From positions 832,001 to 896,000 of the forward strand of contig CAVYLP010000006.1 of the NCBI GenBank assembly GCA_963769425.1: a DNA stretch of 64,000 nt, read 5' to 3'. The notes under the pieces were generated by a model that had not been told where the DNA came from, searched no databases, and saw only the letters and a program-made list of their open reading frames with translations. Below, in pieces: positions 1 through 10,848 of the stretch. Numbering within the stretch: position 1 is the stretch's first letter; each line of letters opens with the position of its first letter. The translations under genes and the position numbers were made by a program. The DNA comes from Candidatus Bathyarchaeota archaeon (lineage in GTDB: Archaea > Thermoproteota > Bathyarchaeia > TCS64).

Positions 1-1182
1 TTCACCCCGACGATACTCATCATAGCCACCATCTCCGCCCTCGGCTGGTTCTACGTCGCACACGAGACCTTCGGCGTCGCCTTCACCACATTCGTCGCCG
101 TAGTCATAGTCGCCTGCCCCTGCGCAATGGGCATAGCCACCCCGACAGCCATCCTAGTCGGCGCGGGACTCGGGGCACAGAACGGCATACTCATCAAGAA
201 CGGCGAGTTCCTCGAGAAAGCGCGCAGCCTGCAGGCCGTAGCCTTCGACAAGACGGGCACACTAACAAAGGGAGAGCTGGCGGTCACCGACGTCGTAGGC
301 GAGAAGCCCGACGAGCTGCTCGCCGCGGCCGCGAGCCTAGAGAAGTTGAGCGAACATCCCATAGGCACAGCGGTCGTTAAGAAGGCGGAAGAGAAGGGTC
401 TCAAGCTCTCCGAGCCAAATGACTTCGAGGCACTAGCGGGCCGCGGCGTCAAAGGCTCCATAGGGCGAAGGAGCTACGTCGTCGGTACAAGCCGATTAAT
501 GGACGATATCAAGGCCGAGATCCCCGATGAGGTGAAGAAGCAATCCGAGGCACTCTATGACCAGGGGAAGACTCTCGCCTTTGTCTCTGCTAACGGCAAA
601 GTTATCGGCATAATCGCGGTCGCCGACCAGATCAAGGAGAACGCACCAAAAGCCGTGAAGAAGCTCCGGGACATGGGCCTCAAAGTAGTCATGATAACCG
701 GTGACAACAAGAGGACCGCCGAGGCGATAGCGAAGCAGGTCGGCATAGACGACTACAGGGCCGAGGTACTCCCCGAGGACAAGGTCAATGTCGTCAAGGA
801 GCTGCAGAAGGGCGGCCTCATCGTGGCGATGGTGGGAGACGGCGTCAACGACGCCCCCGCCCTAGCCGCCAGCGACGTGGGCATAGCCCTCGGCAGCGGC
901 ACGGACGTCGCCGTGGAAACCGGCGGAATCGTCCTCATAAAGAACAATCTCGAGGACGTCGCGAGGGCTATCGACCTAAGCAAGCGCACCTACAGCAAGA
1001 TCAAGCAGAACCTCTTCTGGGCCTTCGCCTACAACTCGGCGCTCATCCCCGTGGCCGCTGGCGTCCTCATCCCCTGGGGGATACAGATGAACCCTATACT
1101 CGCCGCGGGCGCCATGGCGCTGAGCAGCATAACCGTCGTCAGCAACAGCCTCCTGCTCCGCAGGTGGAGGCCGAGGGAGTAA
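1..1182 (+). CDS. copA: Heavy-metal (Cu+) P1B-type ATPase, 5'-truncated by window edge
   Basis: In-frame upstream of the ORF call: VVIVACPCAMG (CPC metal motif), then DKTGT phosphorylation site, SEHP, MITGDN, GDGVNDAP, and YN...MALSS Cu+ ligands. Confidence 0.95.
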   Translation, partial: FTPTILIIATISALGWFYVAHETFGVAFTTFVAVVIVACPCAMGIATPTAILVGAGLGAQNGILIKNGEFLEKARSLQAVAFDKTGTLTKGELAVTDVVGEKPDELLAAAASLEKLSEHPIGTAVVKKAEEKGLKLSEPNDFEALAGRGVKGSIGRRSYVVGTSRLMDDIKAEIPDEVKKQSEALYDQGKTLAFVSANGKVIGIIAVADQIKENAPKAVKKLRDMGLKVVMITGDNKRTAEAIAKQVGIDDYRAEVLPEDKVNVVKELQKGGLIVAMVGDGVNDAPALAASDVGIALGSGTDVAVETGGIVLIKNNLEDVARAIDLSKRTYSKIKQNLFWAFAYNSALIPVAAGVLIPWGIQMNPILAAGAMALSSITVVSNSLLLRRWRPRE

Positions 1183-1184
1183 CC

Positions 1185-1760
1185 ATGGCAGACGTCACGA
1201 AGGAGATAGGCATCACCCGCATGGACTGCCCCACATGCGTCGTCACCCTCGAGAAGTCGGTGATGAAGGTCCCAGGCGTAAGGAAGGCGCAGGGCAACTA
1301 CCTCAAGAAGACCCTCAAGGTCACCTTCGACGAGGCGACGCCCCTCGCAGCCATTGAGAAGGCTATCGAGGACGTCGGGTACCAGGTCGCCTACAAGAAG
1401 TACCCGAGCCCCCTCTCGAAGCTGAGGGGACTTTTCGGCAGAGGGGAGTCGAAGGCGATCGCCTCCGTCTCAGACTCCGAGTTCCGGGACAAGGTGCTCG
1501 GCTCCGCAAAGCCCGTCGCCGTCCTCTTCGCCAGCGGTGGCTGCCCCGCCTGCCAGGTCATCAAGCCCCAGTTCAAGGCACTCGCCGAGAAGCGGGTAGG
1601 CGGAGCCGACTTCTATGAGATGGACGTGGCCTTCACGGAGACATGGAAGGAGTATGGCGTCATGGGGATACCCACCGTGGTCGTCTTCCGGGGCGGGAAA
1701 CCGGCGGAGCGCTTCGGCGCGATGCTGGGCGTCGCGGAGTTGGAGAAGGCGCTTACCTGA
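1185..1760 (+). CDS. HMA (CopZ-like) domain fused to thioredoxin domain
   Basis: N-terminal MDCPTC metal-binding motif; C-terminal CPAC plus GVMGIPT thioredoxin motifs; ATG 2 nt after copA stop. Confidence 0.8.
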   Translation: MADVTKEIGITRMDCPTCVVTLEKSVMKVPGVRKAQGNYLKKTLKVTFDEATPLAAIEKAIEDVGYQVAYKKYPSPLSKLRGLFGRGESKAIASVSDSEFRDKVLGSAKPVAVLFASGGCPACQVIKPQFKALAEKRVGGADFYEMDVAFTETWKEYGVMGIPTVVVFRGGKPAERFGAMLGVAELEKALT

Positions 1761-2301
1761 CGCTGGCTTCCCGGCGCCTCATCGCGTTATACGCGTCGGT
1801 TCCGCCCTTAGGGATGGTGAGGTACTTCCAGTCGCCGCCCCTGTAGAGCTTGGCGAGGTAGATGATCTGGCCCCCGTGCTGCGCCGCGTGCATGGCCTGC
1901 TGGTAGATGCCCTCCATGGCTGGCTGCTTCCTCCACCGCACCTGTATGTCCCGGGTGACGTCCTCCCCTCTCAGTTTGTCGAGGGTGCCGAGGAACCTCG
2001 CCCAGCCGTCCTCCCACTTCGCCATGACGACGGCGCGAGTCTCACCCTCCAAAATCTTGAACTCGTTCTCCCTGTCCCTGTCCGGCTTCTCCCCCTCCTC
2101 AGTGAGGAAGTCGGTGAACCTGCTCCTGAGCGTCCCCCCGATGTGCTTAACGAGTACGCCGATGCTGTGGGACTCCTCCCCCGGCTTCCTGAAAAACTCC
2201 TCATCGCTCACCTGAACGAGTGCCTTCTCGACCGTCAGCTTTAGGGAGGCGCACTCCCTCCTAGTTCTCTCTAAGAATAGCTCTCCCGCGTCCTTGGCCA
2301 T
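1753..2301 (-). CDS. DinB-like/DUF1572 family protein
   Basis: SIGVLVKHIGG..SRFTDFLTEEGEKPDRDRENEF and H..QHGGQIIYLAK motifs typical of DUF1572; likely start MAKD at 2301. Confidence 0.8.
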   Translation of the reverse strand: MAKDAGELFLERTRRECASLKLTVEKALVQVSDEEFFRKPGEESHSIGVLVKHIGGTLRSRFTDFLTEEGEKPDRDRENEFKILEGETRAVVMAKWEDGWARFLGTLDKLRGEDVTRDIQVRWRKQPAMEGIYQQAMHAAQHGGQIIYLAKLYRGGDWKYLTIPKGGTDAYNAMRRREASVR

Positions 2302-2400
2302 GGCTTGATGTTGGGTAGTGGGGCTAGATGAAGCTGATCGGCTCCTCGATGTTGGGTAATTTTTAAAGGGGGGCCACCGGGTATTCATCAAAGCTCCCCG

Positions 2401-4206
2401 GTGCACAGCGTGAACACACTACACCACAAAGGCGTCATCGTCCCACCGAAATACAAGGCGCGCGGCCTCACCGTCAGGGTCAAGGGCCAACCAGTGAGCC
2501 TAACCGACAAGCAGGAGGAGATGGCCGTCGCATGGGCGAAGAAGGTGGGCACGCCCTACGTGGATGACCCCAAATTCGCCGAGAACTTCCACGAGGACTT
2601 CGGCAAGGCGCTCGGCCTGAAGCTCCTACCCGGGGATGTCGACTTCGGCGACATCATCAGACTCGTCCAGAGGGAGAGGGAGGAGAAGCAGAACCTCCCA
2701 CCGGAGGTAAAGAAGGCTCAGGCCGCCGAGCGGAAGGCGCAGCGCGACGCGAACAAGGAGAAGTACGGCTACGCAACCGTCGACGGGCAGCGCATGGAGC
2801 TCGGCAACTACAACGTCGAGCCCAACAGCATCTTCATGGGGCGCGGCCAGCACCCGTGGAGGGGCAGGTGGAAGCTTGGCCCAACATACGAGGACATAGA
2901 GCTCAACCTCAGCCCCGACGCCCCCCACCCGTCGGGCAACTGGAAAGCGGTGGTATGGGAGCCGGGCACAATGTGGATCGCACGTTGGACCGACAAGCTC
3001 AGCGGCAAGAAGAAGTATGTCTGGCCCGGCGACGCGAGCTTCCTCAAGCAGAGGAAGGACATGGAGAAGTACGAGAAGGCGAGGGCCCTCAAGGAGAAGC
3101 TAGACGAGGTAAAGGCGCATATAGAGGGCAACCTAACGACAGCCGACCTGAAGCGGAGGAAGGTGGCGACCGTCTGCTACCTCATCGACCGCCTCAAGTT
3201 CAGGGTCGGCGACGAGAAGGACGAGGAGGACGAAGCCGACACGGTGGGCGCCTCAACGCTCCGCCCCGAGCACGTCTGCTTCAACAGGGACGGCTCGGTC
3301 ACGTTCAACTTCCTCGGCAAGGACTCGGTGCCTATGAACATCACCGCCCCCCTACCCCCCAAGGTGGTTCAGAACCTGCGCGACTTCGCGCAGGGCGCCG
3401 GCAAGGAAAGTCTCTTCGAGGGCATAAACTCGGGCCACGTCGGCGACTTCCTCAAGGAGATAATGGAGGGGCTCAGCGCTAAGGTCTTCAGGACCCTCTA
3501 CGCGACCGACGCCGTCAGGGGCGGTCTCGCCAAGGAGACCGTGAAGCCCGAGGACCCCGACTACGTCAAGCGACAGGCGGCGCTACGCGCCAACCTCGAG
3601 GCCGCGATAGTCTGCAACCACAAGCGCACCATCCCTAAGACCTGGCAACAGAGCCTCCAGAAGAAGAAGGACCGCCTCAAGCAACTCGAGGCGAAGGCAT
3701 CAGCCGACGAGAAGGCCATCCGCCAGAAGCTCGCCGATGAGGAGAAGAAATACCGCGAGAAGCTCGTGGAGGCAGAGAAGAAGCTCACAGAGGCTGAGAA
3801 GAAGGAGGAGGAGCTACGCGCCCAGCTCGCCACGATAGAGAAGGCGGGCGGCGACCAAAAAGCTCCCAGAAAGCACCTCTCAACCGCCCGGGACAAGACG
3901 AAGACGGCGCGCGACCGCATAAGGAAACTCAAGAATACCTACGTCACCTCAACGCTGAAGGAGAAGAAGCAGCTCGAGGAGAAGAGGCAGCGCGACAGGG
4001 AGGCCGTGGAAAGGATGAGGCTACAGGTCGAGGCGCAGGAGATAACCCGCGACTACAACCTCGGCACGAGCCTGAAGAACTACGTCGACCCCCGCATCTA
4101 CTACGACTGGGGGAAACGTGTAGGCTTCGACTGGCGCAGTTACTACCCCACGACGCTGCAGAAGAAGTTCAGCTGGATCGAGGAGCAGCCCGAGGAAGAG
4201 GAGTAA
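2401..4206 (+). CDS. DNA topoisomerase IB (eukaryote-like)
   Basis: Catalytic pentad R(FRVG), K(LGKD), R(KVFRT), H(CNH), Y(SLKNYVDPR); FMGRGQHP; long coiled-coil linker. Confidence 0.95.
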   Translation: MHSVNTLHHKGVIVPPKYKARGLTVRVKGQPVSLTDKQEEMAVAWAKKVGTPYVDDPKFAENFHEDFGKALGLKLLPGDVDFGDIIRLVQREREEKQNLPPEVKKAQAAERKAQRDANKEKYGYATVDGQRMELGNYNVEPNSIFMGRGQHPWRGRWKLGPTYEDIELNLSPDAPHPSGNWKAVVWEPGTMWIARWTDKLSGKKKYVWPGDASFLKQRKDMEKYEKARALKEKLDEVKAHIEGNLTTADLKRRKVATVCYLIDRLKFRVGDEKDEEDEADTVGASTLRPEHVCFNRDGSVTFNFLGKDSVPMNITAPLPPKVVQNLRDFAQGAGKESLFEGINSGHVGDFLKEIMEGLSAKVFRTLYATDAVRGGLAKETVKPEDPDYVKRQAALRANLEAAIVCNHKRTIPKTWQQSLQKKKDRLKQLEAKASADEKAIRQKLADEEKKYREKLVEAEKKLTEAEKKEEELRAQLATIEKAGGDQKAPRKHLSTARDKTKTARDRIRKLKNTYVTSTLKEKKQLEEKRQRDREAVERMRLQVEAQEITRDYNLGTSLKNYVDPRIYYDWGKRVGFDWRSYYPTTLQKKFSWIEEQPEEEE

Positions 4207-4213
4207 CCCCCGC

Positions 4214-5225
4214 TCAGCGTAGCTCGCAGATGCTGAAGAGTGGGTCCCCTGTGTTCTTCGCCGAGAGGAAGTTGATTATATTCACCGCCCCTCCCATCGG
4301 AGCCTTAATGTCCTCGATGACCACGCCGAAGGGGTCCGTTATCTGGCCGATCAGTTGCCCCTGCTCGACGATGTCGCCGGCGTTCACGAGGTAGGTGAAG
4401 AAGCCGCCCCGGGTGGCCCGGACACCGACGGCGCGCTCGCCCAACTGCGTCTGGTTGCTCGGCTCAATCGGCGCGCCCTCTAACATCTTGAGGTACCTCA
4501 TAACGTTCATCACGGCGTTGACGTGGCGACCCGTGTTCTCGGTCGAAAGGATGCCTCCTCCACCCGACTCTATGAGCATATTCGGTATCTTCGCCCGGGA
4601 GGTTGCACCCGTAGTCGTCAGCGCCTGGTTGGGTGCCCTAAGGGTCACGAAGTCAGCGAGTGAGTACCTGAGCATCGCCGCCGTTTCCACGTCCTTCTTC
4701 TCATCCCCCGTCTTAGTCGAGATAGCGAAGCACGGGCACAGCTCCGGCAGGTCGCCTCCATGGAGGTCGACGAAGTGGGTCGCCTTCTTCATGATGTTCT
4801 CGTAGATGAAGTTGACCATGTGGTGGCTGATGGTCCCCGGGCCGTAGTATATCGGGGAGACGGGCTGGCCGGGGAATATCCTGTTGATGTTTATGTCGTC
4901 GATGGGGTTGACGAAGGCTGTCTTCGCGTTGAACATCGGCACGTTGGCGCAGTGGATGATCATCAGAGTCCCCGCGAGCTTGGACGGCTTGACATCCCGG
5001 GCGATGATCTGCAGCTGCCTTGATCCCCGGGTACTCCGTCCCGTGTATCCCCGCCTCGACGAGTAGTCTCGGCCCACTTCTAACCCCGTTTATGATCGTC
5101 ATCGGGACGACTACATCGCCGATGGCCTGCTCCGCTAGCTTGACGTAGCCAGTCGCCTTCTCCCCTTGCTTAGCCTCGATGTCTTCTATTCTGAATGACG
5201 TAAGCTCTTCACCGCTGCTCCTCAT
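4214..5225 (-). CDS. Succinylglutamate desuccinylase/aspartoacylase (AstE/AspA, M14-like) family protein, frameshifted near 5012
   Basis: AGIHGTE in the upstream frame; NINRIFPG, DLHGG, IESGG in the downstream frame; one extra G joins the frames. Confidence 0.85.
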
Positions 5226-5311
5226 GCTGGTTGTCACGGATTTAACACATACCTCATGCTCGATGTCCAGGCGAGCAACCGTATTAAGGCTAAACCACCT
5301 CCTATTAGGCC

Positions 5312-6109
5312 ATGAGAAATCTTGTTAAGCACAAGCTGATGGCCGGTAAGCCGGCTATCGGGACCTGGGTGAGCATCGGTCACCCAGATATGACGATGTA
5401 TCTCGCGGACATGGGCTTCGACTGGCTCGTCTGCGACATGGAGCATAGCGCCTACGGCCCCGAGACGTACCACAGCCTCGTCCAGAGCATGCTCTATGCA
5501 CGGGGCAAATGCATGCCGTTGGCGCGCATCCCGTGGATCGATCTCATCTGGTGCAAGAAGGTCCTCGACGCTGGGGCGATGGGCCTAGTGCTGCCTCGCG
5601 TCGACTCGGCGAAGATGGCGAAGGAGGCGGTCCGCCTCATGAAGTATCCGCCGCAGGGCGAGAGGGGAGCAGGTCCGCGCCTCGCCGCATTCCGCGACCC
5701 GGACTACTTCAAGACCGCGAACGATGAGATACTCGTCATCCCTATGATCGAGACGGTGAAGGGCGTCGAGAAGCTCGACGAGATATTCAGCGTCGAAGGA
5801 GTCGACGCCTGCTTCGTGGGGCCGAGCGACCTCAGCCTAGACATGGGCATCCACAAGCAGTACACGAACCCCAAGTTCATCGAGGCGCTCGACAAGATCG
5901 TCGACGCTGGGAAGGAGCACGGCGTCGCACCGGGTATGCACTGCTTCGTAACCCAGGACGCTACCGACATCAACGACGCGATAAAACGCGGCTTCAGGTT
6001 CTGCGCCCTCGACACCGACCTCGGCTACCTCAGCCGATCGGTGAAGAGCACTATCGGCTACGTCAAGGGGTGGAAGCCGGGCGAGGGTGGTGAGGCACCC
6101 GCCGTCTAA
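5312..6109 (+). CDS. HpcH/HpaI aldolase family protein
   Basis: GFDWLVCDMEH, LDAGA, KYPPQGERG, MIET, FVGPSDLS. Confidence 0.92.
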   Translation: MRNLVKHKLMAGKPAIGTWVSIGHPDMTMYLADMGFDWLVCDMEHSAYGPETYHSLVQSMLYARGKCMPLARIPWIDLIWCKKVLDAGAMGLVLPRVDSAKMAKEAVRLMKYPPQGERGAGPRLAAFRDPDYFKTANDEILVIPMIETVKGVEKLDEIFSVEGVDACFVGPSDLSLDMGIHKQYTNPKFIEALDKIVDAGKEHGVAPGMHCFVTQDATDINDAIKRGFRFCALDTDLGYLSRSVKSTIGYVKGWKPGEGGEAPAV

Positions 6110-6140
6110 GCCTATATTCACCTGACCACATTTTCTCCTC

Positions 6141-7049
6141 ATGATAAGCCCCACCGAGGTTAGTGGCCTAAAAATCACTACGATTCTAGACAACATCACA
6201 CAGAGCGCCGGCCCCGTTGCCCACTGGGGGTTCTCCGCTCTCCTCGACTACGAGGTCTCTGGCAGGAGGAGGCGCGTCCTCCTCGACACGGGCAGCGATA
6301 GGGACTGCATCCTGAGGAACCTGAAGGAGCTGAAGATCGACCTAAGGGGGATCGACGCCGTCGTACTCAGTCATGGGCACTGGGATCATACATCCGCCAC
6401 GGTTGAGATTGTGAAGGCGGCTGGCGGCGTGAAGGTGTACGCACACCCCTCGGCGTTCCAACCCGTCTACAGGATTAATGAGACAGGGGAGAAGCGTAGG
6501 ATATCCATCCCCGATGGGCAAGGCGTCGCCGAGATCGAGGCGGCGGGTGGGGAGGTCGTCCTCTCAAAGGCACCAGTCGAGGTCTCTCCCGGCGTCTGGA
6601 CAACGGGCGAGGTCCCGCGGGCCAGCTTCGAGACAGTCATGGAGCTGGTCAAGGAGAGGTTGGTCCGGGAGGGCTCGGATGTTCCCGATTCTATCCCCGA
6701 CGATCAGTCGCTGTTCCTTCGCGAGAGGGGCGTCGGGTTGATCGTGGTCACGGGCTGTGCCCACTCCGGCCCCCTTAATATCCTCGCACACGTCGAGGCC
6801 CTAACAGGCGAGCCTGTGAAGGCGCTGATAGGAGGCACTCACCTGACTGGAAGGAAGCCAGAGTACACGAAAGCGACGATCGAGGGGCTGAGGAGGCACA
6901 GCTTAAGCTTGCTCTCCCCCTGCCACTGCACTGGCTTCAACGCCATGACCGAGCTATCCCGCGCCTTCCCCAAGTCCTTCACGCTCAACTACTCTGGGAA
7001 TACGATAGAACCGGCGAAGATAATCCGGGAACGAAAATCCCGGCTATGA
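6141..7049 (+). CDS. MBL-fold metallo-hydrolase (COG1237-like)
   Basis: HWGFS, LLDTG, LSHGHWDHT, TGCAHSG, GGTH, PCHCTG. Confidence 0.9.
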   Translation: MISPTEVSGLKITTILDNITQSAGPVAHWGFSALLDYEVSGRRRRVLLDTGSDRDCILRNLKELKIDLRGIDAVVLSHGHWDHTSATVEIVKAAGGVKVYAHPSAFQPVYRINETGEKRRISIPDGQGVAEIEAAGGEVVLSKAPVEVSPGVWTTGEVPRASFETVMELVKERLVREGSDVPDSIPDDQSLFLRERGVGLIVVTGCAHSGPLNILAHVEALTGEPVKALIGGTHLTGRKPEYTKATIEGLRRHSLSLLSPCHCTGFNAMTELSRAFPKSFTLNYSGNTIEPAKIIRERKSRL

Positions 7050-7898
7050 TCCGATGAATTTCTCTATCCTAGCGACGATGCCGAGGAAGGCCTTCGCCGC
7101 TGGGCTGTCAGGGTTCTCCGAGACGAAGGGGGTCCCCGAGTCCGAGTTCTGGGCGATCTTGGGCTCAAGAGGGATGGAGCCGAGGAAGGGCACCCCCATC
7201 TCGGAGGCCACCCGCTCCGCCACTCCATCGCCGAAGAGGGCGATCCTATCCCCACAGTGGGGGCAGATGAGGTAACTCATGTTCTCGATGACACCCACCA
7301 CGGGGGCCTTGAGCTGGCGGACGAAGCTGATCGACTTCTCGACGACCTGCCCGCTCACCTCGTTGGGCATCGTCACTATAACGACACCGTCTAATCCGGG
7401 CAGGAGCTGGAGGACCGTCAGCGACTCGTCGCCTGTCCCCGGCGGGAGGTCGATGAGGAGGTAGTCGAGGTCACCCCAGTCGACATCCGTGAGCAGCTGC
7501 CTTATCGCCGCCATCTTGAGTGGACCGCGCCAGATTACCGGCGAGTCCTGGCTCGGCAGGAGGAAGTCCATCGATGCGACCTTGATCCCGGATGGGGACA
7601 TCGGGGCGATTATTCCGTTCTCCCCTGCCTCTAGGCGCGCGCCCTTGAGGCCGAGCATCTTCGGCACAGTAGGACCGTGGAGGTCAGCGTCCAGAACGCC
7701 GACCCTCTTCCCCTCCCCTGCTAGGGCGGCCGCGAGGTTGACGGTGACGAGGCTCTTCCCCACGCCACCCTTCCCGCTCATGACCGCAACCTTGTACTTG
7801 ACCCTCTCCATGCGCTCCCTGAGCTGCTTTAGCTCCTCGACCCGCCTGACGAAGGCCTCCGCCTCCTCAGCCTTACGAGCCTCATCAACCGCGTCCAT
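7044..7898 (-). CDS. mrp: Mrp/NBP35 family ATP-binding Fe-S carrier protein
   Basis: SGKGGVGKS, DADLHGP, VIWRGP, DLPPGTGD, ENMS..CPHC. Confidence 0.93.
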   Translation of the reverse strand: MDAVDEARKAEEAEAFVRRVEELKQLRERMERVKYKVAVMSGKGGVGKSLVTVNLAAALAGEGKRVGVLDADLHGPTVPKMLGLKGARLEAGENGIIAPMSPSGIKVASMDFLLPSQDSPVIWRGPLKMAAIRQLLTDVDWGDLDYLLIDLPPGTGDESLTVLQLLPGLDGVVIVTMPNEVSGQVVEKSISFVRQLKAPVVGVIENMSYLICPHCGDRIALFGDGVAERVASEMGVPFLGSIPLEPKIAQNSDSGTPFVSENPDSPAAKAFLGIVARIEKFIGS

Positions 7899-8010
7899 CT
7901 TCGGAACCTAGTGAGGGTCAGATCGCAGGGTGTATAAACCCTGCCCCGGCTCGACGATTGAGCAATTAGTATTTTAACCCCCTCGACAGTTCAACTCGGA
8001 GTGGTCCCCG

Positions 8011-8538
8011 TTGATAGAGAGGCTCAGGCGTAGGCTGCGAGGCATCGAGGCGCTCGACGCGTGGGCGGCCGTCGCCATCCTCCTCAGGGAGGAGGAGGAC
8101 GACTACGAGACGCTCCTCGTCAGGAGGGCGGTCGTCCCCGGTGACCCCTGGTCGGGGGACATGGCCTTCCCCGGGGGGAAGAAGGCGCCGCAGGATAAGA
8201 CCCTCAGGGATACGGTTGTACGTGAGGTAAGCGAGGAGACTGGGATCGACCTTGACTCTCTCAGGTACATCGGGGCGCTGCCCGTCCTATTCTCATCGAT
8301 GAAGCCCGAGCGGGACGTTCTCCCCATAATCTACCTCTACGAGGGCAGGCCCGAGATACGGCTCAACTCGGAGCTCACCGCCTACCGCTGGGTCCATCTC
8401 AAGGAGCTCAGGGCTAGCAGGACTCCTGCGAAGGTGAAGGGGTGGGAGGGTGAGGTCTTCAAGCTTGGGGACGACATCGTCTGGGGACTAACCTACCGGA
8501 TGCTGGACAACCTCCTAGCCCTGATCGATGAGGGCTAG
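8011..8538 (+). CDS. Nudix hydrolase, CoA pyrophosphatase-like
   Basis: PWSGDMAFPGG...REVSEETG Nudix box with upstream CoA-type motif; IVWGLT. Confidence 0.88.
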   Translation: MIERLRRRLRGIEALDAWAAVAILLREEEDDYETLLVRRAVVPGDPWSGDMAFPGGKKAPQDKTLRDTVVREVSEETGIDLDSLRYIGALPVLFSSMKPERDVLPIIYLYEGRPEIRLNSELTAYRWVHLKELRASRTPAKVKGWEGEVFKLGDDIVWGLTYRMLDNLLALIDEG

Positions 8539-9404
8539 CTCAGGACTTTCTTCAGAGCCTTTGCGACGTCAACCGGCTGCTCGCCGATCGACGCACCTGC
8601 GCCCCTTAGTGCGTTCATCTTGCTGTCAGCGGTGCCGGTTGAGCCCTGGATTATGGCGCCGGCATGGCCCATCCTCTTCCCCGGGATCGCCGCTCGGCCG
8701 GCGATGTAGGCGGCGACGGGTTTTGTGAAGCCGCCTGAGGCTATGAAGTCGGCGGCCTTCTCCTCCGCGTTGCCGCCTATCTCCCCTATGAGGGCCACTG
8801 CCTTAGTCTCGGGGTCCTTCTGGAACCACTTGAGGAGCTCTATGTAGTCGAGGCCGACGACGGGGTCGCCCCCGAGGCCGACGCAGGTCGACTCGCCGAG
8901 GCCCTGGTTCGTGACGTGTGCGGCTATCTCGTAGAAGAGGGTGCCGCTCCTGCTGATTATACCTACGCTGCCGGCCTTGAAGACCTGGTTGGGCATTATG
9001 CCCATCTTGGACTCGCCCGCCTTTATGAGTCCGGGGGTGTTGGGTCCGATGATGGTTGTGCACGTCTGCTTAGCCCTAGCTACCATCTCGATGGTGTCGC
9101 GGACGGGTATCCCCTCTGTTATGACCACGACGGGGTCCATCCCCGCCTCTATGGCCTCGAGCGCTGCGTCGAGGGCGCCGGGGGCTGGGACGAATATAAT
9201 CGAGGCGTCGCAGCCGCTCCGTTCCTTTGCTTCAATAATGGTGTCGTAGACAGGTACCCCCTCGACTTCCTGGCCTCCACGGCCCGGGGTGGTGCCGGCG
9301 ACGATCTTGGTACCGTACTCCTTCATGCGGGCCGCGTGGAACCTGCCCTGTGTGCCCGTGATGCCCTGCACGACTACCCTCGTATCCCTGTTGATGAGCT
9401 TCAT
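8535..9404 (-). CDS. sucD: Succinyl-CoA synthetase alpha subunit
   Basis: [33 protein letters not shown] (phospho-His). Confidence 0.96.
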   Translation of the reverse strand: MKLINRDTRVVVQGITGTQGRFHAARMKEYGTKIVAGTTPGRGGQEVEGVPVYDTIIEAKERSGCDASIIFVPAPGALDAALEAIEAGMDPVVVITEGIPVRDTIEMVARAKQTCTTIIGPNTPGLIKAGESKMGIMPNQVFKAGSVGIISRSGTLFYEIAAHVTNQGLGESTCVGLGGDPVVGLDYIELLKWFQKDPETKAVALIGEIGGNAEEKAADFIASGGFTKPVAAYIAGRAAIPGKRMGHAGAIIQGSTGTADSKMNALRGAGASIGEQPVDVAKALKKVLS

Positions 9405-9406
9405 GT

Positions 9407-10558
9407 TTAGATCCCCCTCGCGAGGTTGACGGCCTTCTGCGCCGCCTCCTCCATCGTGTCGTCCGTCTCTATACCTGCCCCGTGGAGGAGCCTCTTTCCC
9501 TCCTCCTCGTTCGTGCCCATCATGCGGACGACTATCGGTTTCTTGTCGCCGAGCTTCTTCCGCCCCTCGATTATGCCCTTGGCGGTATCGTCACACCTTG
9601 TGATGCCGCCGAGGACGTTGACGAAGAGAGCCTTGACGCGATTATCCTTGAGGATGAACTCGACTGCCTTCCCGATGCGTTCGGGGGTCGCGCCTCCGCC
9701 GAGGTCGAGGAAGTTCCCGGCGTGGCCACCGTAGAGCATGACTGTGTCGAGGGTGGCCATAGTGAGGCCGGCGCCGTTGCCGATGATCCCTATGTCGCCG
9801 TTTAGCTCAACATAGGTTAGGTCCATCGCTCGGGCCTCCATCTCACGGGGCGTCAGCTCCCCCTCGAAGCTCTCCAGGTACTTCGCCTCGAGCTCCTTGT
9901 GCCTGTAGAGGGCGTTGTTGTCCACGTTGAGGCGGGCGTCCGCCGCGATGAACCCCTCCGCCGTCTCGACCAGCGGGTTGATCTCCGTCAGCTCAGCGTC
10001 CATCTCGTAGGCGACCCTGTAGAGTCTCTGGATGACGTCGGATAGCTGCTGTAGCTTCTTCCCCGTGTAGTTGAGGCGCTTGGCGACGGCGTTGGCATGG
10101 TAGCTCCTCATCCCCCTCAGCGGGTCTACGGGGAACCTCACGATCTTCTCCGGGCTCTTCGCGGCGATGTCCTCTATGTTCATGCCCCCCTCGTTTGAGG
10201 CGAGGACCGTGTAGCACTTCGCCGTCCTGTCAACTATGACCCCGAGGTAGACCTCGTGCTCTATGGTGAGCCGCTCCTCGACGAGGACCTTGCGGACTGG
10301 GAGGTCCTTGATCCTCATGGCGAGTATCTGCCTGGCCGCCTCCTCCGCCTCGGCGGGCGTGTCAGCTGGCTTTATACCCCCCGCCTTACCCCTGCCGCCG
10401 ACGCCCACCTGGGCCTTCACGACGACGGGTCTGCCGATCATCATCGAGGCGTCCCTCGCCTCCTCCGGCCTCGCAGCGACGGCGCTCAACCCGAGCGGTA
10501 TTCCATATCGCCTGAAGACCTCCTTGGCCTCGTACTCCAGGAGCTTCAACGGAATCAC
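9407..10558 (-). CDS. sucC: Succinyl-CoA synthetase beta subunit
   Basis: [48 protein letters not shown]. Confidence 0.96.
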   Translation of the reverse strand: MIPLKLLEYEAKEVFRRYGIPLGLSAVAARPEEARDASMMIGRPVVVKAQVGVGGRGKAGGIKPADTPAEAEEAARQILAMRIKDLPVRKVLVEERLTIEHEVYLGVIVDRTAKCYTVLASNEGGMNIEDIAAKSPEKIVRFPVDPLRGMRSYHANAVAKRLNYTGKKLQQLSDVIQRLYRVAYEMDAELTEINPLVETAEGFIAADARLNVDNNALYRHKELEAKYLESFEGELTPREMEARAMDLTYVELNGDIGIIGNGAGLTMATLDTVMLYGGHAGNFLDLGGGATPERIGKAVEFILKDNRVKALFVNVLGGITRCDDTAKGIIEGRKKLGDKKPIVVRMMGTNEEEGKRLLHGAGIETDDTMEEAAQKAVNLARGI

Positions 10559-10848
10559 CTTGACGTTGGATGTGATCAGGCTGGGAGTAGATAATTATTC
10601 TGGGTGGCCGAGAGCGGCGAACTTGGCGTAAAGACTGATATTTTTAGCGTTTTTCGACACTTTCATTGAATTCTTTACACGAGTGCATAAGTAAAATTAA
10701 TAACTGATGAGAGCGGTTACGGGCGTCTAGGTGTGTCGGAGTTGGCTACGGTCCCAACCCATTACAGTCAGAGAGACTTCGCTGTCGCCTTCGCGTTGGC
10801 GCTTCTCGCTCTGCAGTGTCAGAAGGGCCCTAGGTTCTCCGTCTGGAA

